Origin: an uncultured Sangeribacter sp. | GTDB lineage: Bacteria; Bacteroidota; Bacteroidia; Bacteroidales; Muribaculaceae | DNA: 64,000 nt | Assembly: GCA_964524385.1 (NCBI GenBank) | Contig: CAZGEX010000007.1 | Span: forward strand, 14,487 to 78,486 | Direction: 5' to 3' | Shown: positions 30,549 to 38,991 of the stretch, in pieces | Numbering within the stretch: position 1 is the stretch's first letter | Layout: the number at the start of each line of letters is the position of its first letter | Position numbers and translations under genes: made by a program | Notes under the pieces: model-generated | The model's input: only the letters and a program-made list of their open reading frames with translations | The model's database searches: none | What the model was told of the DNA's origin: nothing

Positions 30549-31838
30549 ATGAGATTTTTTGCTGATATACTACATTTTATCTCAAAATGCAGCCGACAAA
30601 TTTTCGAACCATTATTTTATGGCTTCGGCATTAGTATTTATGCCGGAGCCATCCGCTTTGCAAGTTTGTGGAATCACAAAGCCAAATTAATGATTTCAGG
30701 GCATAAAGAGATCCGGGCTAAATTAGAAAATGTAATCGACAAAAAATCTAAATATATTTGGATTCACGCCGCATCACTCGGAGAATTTGAACAAGGACGT
30801 CCATTAATCGAGAAACTACGAAGAGAGAAACCGGATTACAAAATAGTATTGACCTTTTTCTCCCCTTCAGGCTATGAAGTGCGAAAGAACTACAAAGAAG
30901 CTGATCTTGTGATTTACCTACCGTTCGACACCCGAAAAAATGCCCGAAAATTCCTTTATGCCGTAAACCCGGAGATGGCGATTTTCGTCAAATACGAATT
31001 TTGGCGAAATTATTTATTAGAAACCAGTCGTAGAAATATCCCATCCTATCTCATTTCTGCAGTTTTTCGAAAGGACCAACTTTTTTTTAAACGATATGGA
31101 GGTTGGTATCGTCGACTACTTCATCATTTCAACCATATTTTTGTACAAGATGAAGATAGCAGAAAACTGCTTCATAATATCGGAGTAGAAAAAGTCACAG
31201 TGGCAGGAGATACTCGTTTTGATCGCGTTACCGACGTAATGCGTCAAACAAGTGTCAAAATTCCATGGGCAGAAGAAAACAATTTCATTTTGGTTGTCGG
31301 CAGCAGCTGGGAAAAAGATGAAGAAATCTACATCGATTGGATTAATCGTCATCCTCAAATAAAAGCCATTATCGCCCCTCATGAATTTGACAACGACCGA
31401 TTACTAAAGCTACAAAATCGTCTTATTCAACCAAGTGTACGTTTCTCCGAACTATCCAAAAATTCCAACAATAATGATGTAACAAAAACACAAACTCTCA
31501 TCATCGATTGTTTCGGATTATTATCACAACTCTACCGTTATGCATCAGTTGCATACATCGGTGGAGGCTTTGGAGCCGGAATTCACAACATCAACGAGGC
31601 TGCAGTATATGGCAAACCTGTCATCTTCGGTCCAAAACATTATAAATTTATAGAAGCTCGTGAAGTGATTGATGCCAAAGGCGGGTTCTCTGTTACATCA
31701 AAAGAAGATTTCAATTCTATTATGGACAAAATATACACCGACTCTGAATTCAGACTTCGTAGCGGAGAGAATGCCGGCAATTATATCAAATCAAAATTAG
31801 GAGCCACAGAAAAAATTTACACGCATATATTTAAATAA
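30549..31838 (+). CDS. waaA: 3-deoxy-D-manno-octulosonic acid (Kdo) transferase
   Basis: WIHAASLGEFEQGRPLIE motif and GT30 layout. Confidence 0.9.
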   Translation: MRFFADILHFISKCSRQIFEPLFYGFGISIYAGAIRFASLWNHKAKLMISGHKEIRAKLENVIDKKSKYIWIHAASLGEFEQGRPLIEKLRREKPDYKIVLTFFSPSGYEVRKNYKEADLVIYLPFDTRKNARKFLYAVNPEMAIFVKYEFWRNYLLETSRRNIPSYLISAVFRKDQLFFKRYGGWYRRLLHHFNHIFVQDEDSRKLLHNIGVEKVTVAGDTRFDRVTDVMRQTSVKIPWAEENNFILVVGSSWEKDEEIYIDWINRHPQIKAIIAPHEFDNDRLLKLQNRLIQPSVRFSELSKNSNNNDVTKTQTLIIDCFGLLSQLYRYASVAYIGGGFGAGIHNINEAAVYGKPVIFGPKHYKFIEAREVIDAKGGFSVTSKEDFNSIMDKIYTDSEFRLRSGENAGNYIKSKLGATEKIYTHIFK

Positions 31839-31879
31839 TCATTAATTATCATCCACATAACTATAATAAAGAACGAATC

Positions 31880-33265
31880 ATGAAAAAACAGATCATTAGT
31901 TTTATGCTTGTGACATCAATAGCAATGGTGCTATCACAAGAAACAAGAAGTGAAGAATTCACACGAGTTTTCACTCCATTCGATTCAGTTGCATTTTATG
32001 ATGGCTACAACGAAACCATTGTAGATGCCGACCTTGATGACGGAATATTACGTCATCGCAACTCTCTTTATGCAAAAAAACTTACCGACACACAACTTGA
32101 ATGGTTTGGAGAAGAACTTGATTTAAAAATCACCATAGGAGCGTTATGCGACAATTATGACCGCATAGGTAATCTCAATTTGTCACTCGTACCCAAAGGC
32201 GAAACAAGCTACGACCCATTTAAAGTTGACCGCATAGAATTGGCTCGCTTTATCACTCCATTTATGGATAAGAACAAATGGCCGGATGAAGTCAGCTATA
32301 AATATGACATAACTTCTGCGAGCTATATTTTCCGCGATAAGACATTACGCGACAAATATGATTATTGGTTGGAATTTGAAGTATTTGGAATTCCTTATGC
32401 CGCAAACACACAAATTTTAGGATGTCGCGACCGCAACGATGTATTTAACGGAACAGTAGAATTCATCAGCTCAGAGACAGCAGCCGAAGCTACCGATAAC
32501 CACGTATTCGTGCCAATCGTTATGAAAAAGCCCGAATATATCAGTTCCAACCTCAACAATTACAACGAAAATGGAACTGACACCATTGGCAAATGCACAA
32601 AAACATATAAGTTCAACGTACCTCAAAAAGTATCCGACTCGCAAATAGTGCTTATAACATCCAATCATGGAGCAAATGCATACGGAGAGGAATATAATCG
32701 TCGTCTGCATTTAGTATATCTCAATGGCGAACTTATCACTACTTACACTCCCGGAGGCGTCAGCTGCGAACCATTCCGCTATCTCAATACACAAACTAAT
32801 GGTATTTATGGAAACTCAAGAAGCGAAGTCAGCTGGAGAAATCAATCCAATTGGTGTCCCGGCGACCTTATCCCTATCAGATACCTCAATTTGGGTGAAC
32901 TTGAAGCCGGCGATTATGAAATCATGATTCGCGTACCGGATGCAGTGTTCCCTGAATCACAAGGCGACATCCCCGTATCGATGTATTTTCAAGGATTTAA
33001 AGAAGGAAATCTCCCTGTCGAAGTAGAAAGTGTCGAAATCGATGATTCCAAAACAAGAGTTTACCAACGAGGTAATAATGTCTATATCGATTCTCCGAAT
33101 ACGGTAACTGAAATCAGCATTTATACCTATGACGGCAAATTTGTCTACGGAAGTCATAACTCAATCAACAACGTCGACCTCAACGAATTTGAACAAGGTA
33201 TTTATCTTGTCAATTTTATGACAGATGACGGAATGATAACAACATATAAAGCAATTCGTAAATAA
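31880..33265 (+). CDS. Peptide-N-glycosidase F-like protein with T9SS C-terminal sorting domain
   Basis: CDNYDRIGNLNL...RFITPF and NWCPGD resemble the PNGase F CDEWDRYANVYV...RFITPY and GWCPGM segments. The last ~70 aa (ISIYTYDGKFVY...GIYLVNFMTDDG...KAIRK) look like a type-A T9SS CTD. Confidence 0.7.
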   Translation: MKKQIISFMLVTSIAMVLSQETRSEEFTRVFTPFDSVAFYDGYNETIVDADLDDGILRHRNSLYAKKLTDTQLEWFGEELDLKITIGALCDNYDRIGNLNLSLVPKGETSYDPFKVDRIELARFITPFMDKNKWPDEVSYKYDITSASYIFRDKTLRDKYDYWLEFEVFGIPYAANTQILGCRDRNDVFNGTVEFISSETAAEATDNHVFVPIVMKKPEYISSNLNNYNENGTDTIGKCTKTYKFNVPQKVSDSQIVLITSNHGANAYGEEYNRRLHLVYLNGELITTYTPGGVSCEPFRYLNTQTNGIYGNSRSEVSWRNQSNWCPGDLIPIRYLNLGELEAGDYEIMIRVPDAVFPESQGDIPVSMYFQGFKEGNLPVEVESVEIDDSKTRVYQRGNNVYIDSPNTVTEISIYTYDGKFVYGSHNSINNVDLNEFEQGIYLVNFMTDDGMITTYKAIRK

Positions 33266-33268
33266 CCA

Positions 33269-33967
33269 ATGAAAGAGATATTCGATTTCTTACGCCGCTT
33301 GAAAGAAAACAACAATCGAGAATGGTTTAACAACAACAAATCAGAATATCTGAAAATACGGGAGAACTTCGACAAATTTGTCGAAGCTCTCCTTGCTATT
33401 ATATCAACATTCGACCCCTCGGTAGTCCACCTCAGTGTCAAAGACTGCACTTATCGCATCTATAGAGACGTAAGATTTTCTGCCGATAAATCTCCATATA
33501 AAACCCATATGGGGATATTTATAAATCCTCCCTATGGTAAAAAAAACAATACTTGTGGCTACTACATTCATTTAGAACCGAACAATTGCTTCGTATGTGC
33601 CGGAACTATCTGCTTGGAGTCTAAAATTATTAAGGCTATACGTCAATCCATTTATGATAACATTGACGAATACAGAGCAATTGTCGAAGATTTACAATTC
33701 CAAAAACATTTCGACAAACTCGGTGATAATTTTCTAAAAACAGCACCTAAGGGATTTCCTAAAGATTGGGAATTTATAGATTACATTCGCCCAAAAGATT
33801 TCTTGGCTTATCACAATCTTTCTGAAGATTTTTTTATCGACAATCCGGTAAAAAAACTATTACCTTATTTGCAACAAGCAAAACGCTTCAACGACTTCAT
33901 AAATTTCACTATCGAAGATTTCATCTCCGATAACAATGAATCGGAATTAATCCCCCATATATACTAA
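33269..33967 (+). CDS. DUF2461 (TIGR02453-type) family protein
   Basis: FLRRLKENNNREWF and YRIYRDVRFSADKSPYKTHMG are hallmark segments. Confidence 0.85.
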   Translation: MKEIFDFLRRLKENNNREWFNNNKSEYLKIRENFDKFVEALLAIISTFDPSVVHLSVKDCTYRIYRDVRFSADKSPYKTHMGIFINPPYGKKNNTCGYYIHLEPNNCFVCAGTICLESKIIKAIRQSIYDNIDEYRAIVEDLQFQKHFDKLGDNFLKTAPKGFPKDWEFIDYIRPKDFLAYHNLSEDFFIDNPVKKLLPYLQQAKRFNDFINFTIEDFISDNNESELIPHIY

Positions 33968-34287
33968 CATTTAGCAAATTAATGTTAATCTACCCACAAA
34001 CAACACTTAATACTGTTAAATGTTATTAATATTTAGCGAAAATTATATGTTTTATAACATTGTTTTAGAAAATATAATTAACTTTGCATTGAGTTTTCAT
34101 GGTATTAGATTTTAAGGTTAACACATGGATTGGTTGTCGTGAGACAATCAATTTTTTTTGCGACAACCATCAGGAGTTATTTTCACCATTTGAATCTGAT
34201 TATAAAACACACACGTAAAAATCAAATACAACTAAAAAAATCGTTACAATAAAATTCAAAAGATTAGGTAATTACAAAAAAAAAGAG

Positions 34288-34295
34288 TAATTTTG
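34288..34295 (+). promoter_or_regulatory. Candidate -7 promoter box (TAATTTTG) for the pseudouridine synthase gene
   Basis: Exact TAnnTTTG match 143 nt upstream of the ATG at 34438. Confidence 0.35.
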
Positions 34296-34437
34296 CATCA
34301 CAAAATTATTTTAGCTGACAATATTGAACAATTAATAATTATTGATGTTAAATTTTTAAATTTAGTTATAAACGAAAAACAATCAATCGCAAGCAACAGA
34401 GATGCTGTAAAGCGATAATTTCAAAATTTATTACGCA

Positions 34438-35916
34438 ATGGAAGAAAAAAAAGCAAAACGACCAAGAATCGGTGCTACATTAAGTGCTTCTGCATCTGAA
34501 AATGGCGAAGGGGAAACTCGCTACGAAAAAGTAAATTATCCTGCAGAACGTGCAGCACAATCGACTGAACGTCCTCAATACCGTTCAAACTACAACGACC
34601 GTCCTTACCAACCACGCCAACAACAAAACAACTATCAACGTCAAAGCGGATATAACAACAACCGATATAACAACTACGGTCAACAACAAAGCTATTATCA
34701 ACAACACCATAATTTTGAATCTCGTCAAGAGTTGTCATCTGAACAATCAGTAGCAACCGACAATATTCAATCAAACTTAAGTCAATCAGAAGGAGGCTAT
34801 ATCCCTCGTCAACAATATAACAACTACCAACAACGTCCTTATAACAACAATCGCCAAGGAGATTACAACAACTATCACAACAACCGATATAATAACTATC
34901 AGCGTCCTTACAACAATGATGGCGACATGCAAGACAATGGTTACACACCACGTCATAATCGTCAAGGAGGTTACAACAATAATCGCCAAGGAGGCTATAA
35001 TAATCGTCAAGGAGGTTACAACAATCGTCAAGGAGGTTACAACAATCGTCAAGGAGGTTACAATAACAATCGCCAAGGAGGTTATAACAATAATCGTCAA
35101 CAAAAGAACCGCAATAATGGAGACTACAATCCACAAGGAATGCGATTCACTCCACGCCCTAAAGCAGTGGAGTATGTACTTAACGACATCGATCCTAACG
35201 AACCAATTCGCTTGAACAAGTTCATGGCAAATTCCGGCGTTTGCTCTCGTCGCGAAGCTGACGAATACATTGCAGCAGGATTAGTAAAAGTCAATGGCGA
35301 AATTGTAACAGAACTCGGCACAAAAATTTCACGCTCAGATGTGGTAGAATACAATGAAAAAGTAGTAACCCCTGAACGTAAATGCTACATCCTTCTCAAT
35401 AAGCCCAAAGACTGCGTCACTACTACCGACGATCCTAACGGACGCAAAACAGTACTCGACTTAGTCAAAAATGCTTGTCAAGAAAGAATTTACCCGGTAG
35501 GACGTCTTGACCGTAACACCACAGGCGTACTTCTTCTTACCAACGACGGCGACCTCGCATCTAAATTGACTCATCCAAAATTTGTAAAGAAAAAAATCTA
35601 CCACGTTTGGACAGACAAAGACATCAGCGAAGACGATATGCAACGCATCGCCGACGGCATAGAACTTGAAGACGGCGAAATTCACGCAGATGCAATAAGC
35701 TATGTAACAGAAAAAGACCGCAACCAAGCAGGAATCGAAATTCACTCCGGACGAAATCGTATTGTTCGTCGCATTTTCGAATCACTCGGCTATCGCGTAA
35801 CAAAACTTGATCGTGTCTACTTCGCAGGATTAACTAAAAAGAACCTTCCTCGCGGAAAATGGAGATACCTATCACAAGAAGAAGTGAATTATCTTCGTCA
35901 AGGTTCATTCGAATAA
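34438..35916 (+). CDS. rluB: RluB/RsuA-family rRNA pseudouridine synthase with ~255-aa N/Q/R/G/Y-rich N-terminal extension
   Basis: S4 domain IRLNKFMANSGVCSRREADEYI and catalytic GRLDRNTTGVLLLTNDG. The N-terminus is low complexity, with six NRQGGYN(N) repeats. Confidence 0.85.
   Translation: MEEKKAKRPRIGATLSASASENGEGETRYEKVNYPAERAAQSTERPQYRSNYNDRPYQPRQQQNNYQRQSGYNNNRYNNYGQQQSYYQQHHNFESRQELSSEQSVATDNIQSNLSQSEGGYIPRQQYNNYQQRPYNNNRQGDYNNYHNNRYNNYQRPYNNDGDMQDNGYTPRHNRQGGYNNNRQGGYNNRQGGYNNRQGGYNNRQGGYNNNRQGGYNNNRQQKNRNNGDYNPQGMRFTPRPKAVEYVLNDIDPNEPIRLNKFMANSGVCSRREADEYIAAGLVKVNGEIVTELGTKISRSDVVEYNEKVVTPERKCYILLNKPKDCVTTTDDPNGRKTVLDLVKNACQERIYPVGRLDRNTTGVLLLTNDGDLASKLTHPKFVKKKIYHVWTDKDISEDDMQRIADGIELEDGEIHADAISYVTEKDRNQAGIEIHSGRNRIVRRIFESLGYRVTKLDRVYFAGLTKKNLPRGKWRYLSQEEVNYLRQGSFE
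34957..35100 (+). repeat. In-frame 21/24-bp tandem repeat inside rluB
   Basis: Six consecutive units aatcg(t/c)caaggagg(t/c)ta(t/c)aa(c/t)aa(t...) encoding NRQGGYN(N). Confidence 0.9.
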
Positions 35917-35970
35917 TCCAACAATTTTAAAACATTATGGTGAAAATCCACCATTCCAAATATAAAAAAA

Positions 35971-37374
35971 ATGAAAAATATAAAACGAATCAGAATATCC
36001 GAGCTTCTAAATAATGGCGATAGCCTTGTTGGACAAGAAGTTGATGTAAAAGGATGGGTACGAACACGTCGCGGAAACAAAAATGTGCAATTCGTGGCTC
36101 TCAACGACGGTTCTACAATCAAAAATTTGCAAATCGTATTTGACCTCACACAATTCGATGAAGAGACATTGAAACCTATCACAACCGGTGCAAGTATCCA
36201 CGTACAAGGAGAATTAGTGGCATCACAAGGGAAAGGGCAAAGTGTTGAGATTTCAGCAAAAGAATTGCAAATCTATGGCACAGCAAGCACAGAAGACTAT
36301 CCTCTTCAAAAGAAAGGACACTCACTCGAATTCCTTCGTGAAAAGGCACACCTTCGTCCTCGCACCAACACATTCGGTGCAGTGCTTCGTATTCGCCACG
36401 CATTAGCTTTTGCAATTCATAAATTCTTTAACGACAAGGGGTTCTATTATTTCCATACACCGCTTATCACTGCATCCGATTGCGAAGGTGCCGGAGCGAT
36501 GTTCCAAGTGACAACATTAGATATGGAGAATCCGCCTCGTACTGAAGACGGAAAAATCGATTATACTCAGGATTTCTTCGGCAAACAAGCAAGTCTTACA
36601 GTATCCGGTCAGTTGGAAGGTGAATTAGGTGCTACCGCTTTAGGATGCATCTACACATTCGGTCCTACTTTCCGTGCCGAAAACTCCAATACTCCTCGAC
36701 ACCTGTCTGAATTCTGGATGATTGAACCGGAAATGTCATTCTATGAGATTGCCGACAATATGGATTTAGCCGAAGAATTCATCAAATACTGTATCAAATA
36801 CGCTCTCGAACATTGTGCCGATGACATTCAATTCCTCAACGATATGTTCGACAAAGAATTGATTGAACGTCTTAAATTTGTAATCGACAACGATTTTGTA
36901 CGCCTTTCTTACACTGATGGTATTAAAATCCTTGAAGAAAGCGGCACAAAGTTCGAATTCCCTGTCTATTGGGGTGTAGACCTCGCATCAGAGCATGAAC
37001 GCTACTTAGTGGAACAACACTTCAAAAAACCGGTTATTCTCACAGATTACCCTAAAGAAATCAAAGCGTTCTATATGAAGATGAACGACGATAATAAAAC
37101 AGTACGTGCAATGGACGTATTATTCCCAAAAATCGGCGAAATCATCGGAGGCTCGCAACGTGAAGAAGATCTTGATAAACTCACAAAACGCATCGAAGAA
37201 CTAAATATCCCGATGAAAGATATGTGGTGGTATCTCGATACTCGTCGTTTCGGCACCGTACCTCACTCAGGTTTCGGACTTGGATTTGAACGTTTGATAT
37301 TATTTGTTACCGGAATACAAAATATCCGCGATGTGATTCCATTCCCTCGCTACCCGAACAACTGCGAATTTTAA
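35971..37374 (+). CDS. asnS: Asparagine--tRNA ligase
   Basis: 467 aa. OB-fold N-domain and class II motifs ([30 protein letters not shown]). Confidence 0.95.
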   Translation: MKNIKRIRISELLNNGDSLVGQEVDVKGWVRTRRGNKNVQFVALNDGSTIKNLQIVFDLTQFDEETLKPITTGASIHVQGELVASQGKGQSVEISAKELQIYGTASTEDYPLQKKGHSLEFLREKAHLRPRTNTFGAVLRIRHALAFAIHKFFNDKGFYYFHTPLITASDCEGAGAMFQVTTLDMENPPRTEDGKIDYTQDFFGKQASLTVSGQLEGELGATALGCIYTFGPTFRAENSNTPRHLSEFWMIEPEMSFYEIADNMDLAEEFIKYCIKYALEHCADDIQFLNDMFDKELIERLKFVIDNDFVRLSYTDGIKILEESGTKFEFPVYWGVDLASEHERYLVEQHFKKPVILTDYPKEIKAFYMKMNDDNKTVRAMDVLFPKIGEIIGGSQREEDLDKLTKRIEELNIPMKDMWWYLDTRRFGTVPHSGFGLGFERLILFVTGIQNIRDVIPFPRYPNNCEF

Positions 37375-37472
37375 ACGCAGTTTCTACATATACAGTGGCG
37401 GAGGAGTTTGCTATAATTCAACTTCTCCGCCATTAATTTATTAGTATTATCACACTTCACTCATTAGCAATT

Positions 37473-38405
37473 ATGACAGACAAGAAAAATAATTTTTGGT
37501 TTCACATCATCGTAATTATCGTCGTATCAATTTGGGGTACAACTTACATTTCAACATCAATCCTTCTTGATGGCGGACTTGAAGACACCTCCTCCGGCGG
37601 ACTGAAACCGATACAAATCTACACTTTACGGAGCATCATTGCCTATATCGGCTTGCTAATTGCCTGTCATAAACAAATCTTGGTCTCAAGCCTTCGCGAC
37701 GAACTGACTTTCATAGTTTTGGGACTTACAGGAGGAACTATTTACTATCTGTGTGAAAACACTGCCGTAGAACTTGGAAACACATCTAACGTTTCGCTCA
37801 TTATCTCCACCGTTCCAATAGCGACAATGCTACTGACAGCCGCAGTGCATAAGAAGAAAATTTCATCCCTGATGATAGTTGGTTCGCTGATTGCACTCAC
37901 AGGGATTACGTGTGTTATCTTAGCCGACAACAATAAATTCAGCATCGGATTTGATGCATTCAGAGGCGATTTGCTTGCCCTCGCCGCCGTTGGTTCTTGG
38001 GCCATCTATAGCGTAATCATTCCTACGATGTTCGACCGCTACTCCTCTTTGTTTGTAACTCGCAAGGTATTTTTCTATGGGATGCTGTCAGCTGTAATTA
38101 TTTTGATTGTCTCCGGTCAAGATATATTCCCTATTGAAATCATTTCTCGCCCAATTGTGGCAAGCAATCTCCTATATCTCGGATTAATCGCATCTCTTTT
38201 ATGCTTTTGGGTATTCAATATTGCAATTCAAAGAATCGGGATAGTCGTCACCAACAACTATGGCTATCTTACACCGGTAGTTACCTTTATATTTGCCATT
38301 CTAATTCTCGGGGATGAATTTAATTGGTACGGAATTATCGGAATATCCATTACTCTACTCGGATTGTGCATCGCACAACGTAACGACACAAGCCTCAAAT
38401 CCTAA
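37473..38405 (+). CDS. DMT superfamily (EamA-type) transporter
   Basis: 310 aa, about 10 TM segments, two EamA-like halves. Confidence 0.8.
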   Translation: MTDKKNNFWFHIIVIIVVSIWGTTYISTSILLDGGLEDTSSGGLKPIQIYTLRSIIAYIGLLIACHKQILVSSLRDELTFIVLGLTGGTIYYLCENTAVELGNTSNVSLIISTVPIATMLLTAAVHKKKISSLMIVGSLIALTGITCVILADNNKFSIGFDAFRGDLLALAAVGSWAIYSVIIPTMFDRYSSLFVTRKVFFYGMLSAVIILIVSGQDIFPIEIISRPIVASNLLYLGLIASLLCFWVFNIAIQRIGIVVTNNYGYLTPVVTFIFAILILGDEFNWYGIIGISITLLGLCIAQRNDTSLKS

Positions 38406-38623
38406 CCTTCTAAGTAAATCCATAAGGCATATTTTATAAATTGAACGCTTTCAAATCGTTAATTTTCAATTTAGTATCCAGAGTGTATTCAGAACAATTT
38501 TTGAAACACAAAACCACATTATCACAAATTTTAAAAGAAGCTTTCACACTGTTCTAAATATCCTTTTTTTGGTCAATATAGAACAAAAAACATAAACGCT
38601 AATCATTTATTAAAAATCTTTAT

Positions 38624-38631
38624 TATATTTG
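38624..38631 (+). promoter_or_regulatory. Candidate -7 promoter box (TATATTTG) for the RiPP operon
   Basis: TAnnTTTG match 41 nt upstream of the precursor ATG at 38672. No ATG occurs anywhere in the 266-nt gap after eamA. Confidence 0.4.
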
Positions 38632-38671
38632 CCTTAGAATATATATTTCACAACTTTTAAATAATAATATC

Positions 38672-38956
38672 ATGAGTACTAAAAAAATTTTTGACATTCC
38701 TGAATTGACAAGGGATGAGGCAGGAAAACTTTTTGGAGGATTTGTATCATTAGATCCAAGTGGAGGTGTTGACTCTTCGGGAATAAACATTCTTTGCACA
38801 AACACTAATTGTAGCTGTCCGTCCAACCCGATTTCTACATGCGGAGAAACTAATTCTCAATCATGCACATCAAACCCCTCATCTTGCACTACCAACAATG
38901 GTTGTCCCACTAACTTTATCGGTTGTTCTACAAATGTAGTTGAAGGATGCGATTAA
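38672..38956 (+). CDS. RiPP precursor peptide: double-glycine leader plus Cys/Thr/Ser/Asn-rich core
   Basis: 94 aa. Leader MSTKKIFDIPELTRDEAGKLFGG, with a second GG at residues 31-32. The core has 9 Cys and no basic residue. It lies immediately upstream of a radical-SAM/SPASM gene and a C39-peptidase ABC exporter. Confidence 0.85.
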   Translation: MSTKKIFDIPELTRDEAGKLFGGFVSLDPSGGVDSSGINILCTNTNCSCPSNPISTCGETNSQSCTSNPSSCTTNNGCPTNFIGCSTNVVEGCD

Positions 38957-38991
38957 AATTTAACTAAATTGAACTCTATAATTTTTGTGTA

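Noticed and set aside
34957-35100. Regular 21/24-bp repeats (also the periodic repeats at 54430-54640) considered as CRISPR-like arrays
   Set aside because: The repeats are contiguous without spacers and lie in frame within coding sequences. No cas genes are in the window.
34475-35215. Four ORFs (219, 116, 99 and 67 aa) on both strands across the N-terminal repeat region of rluB
   Set aside because: They are artefacts of the low-complexity, stop-poor repeat DNA. Their translations are monotonous (C/Y/D/L, I/V/T). The plus-frame rluB reading continues seamlessly into a recognisable S4 and pseudouridine synthase domain.
38427-38449. Possible att-like direct repeat flanking the RiPP island (gcatattttataaattgaacg versus tgcatatattttaaaacgaca at 44790-44811)
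   Set aside because: The match needs gaps and consists mostly of A/T runs, so it is indistinguishable from chance in AT-rich spacers. No integrase is nearby.
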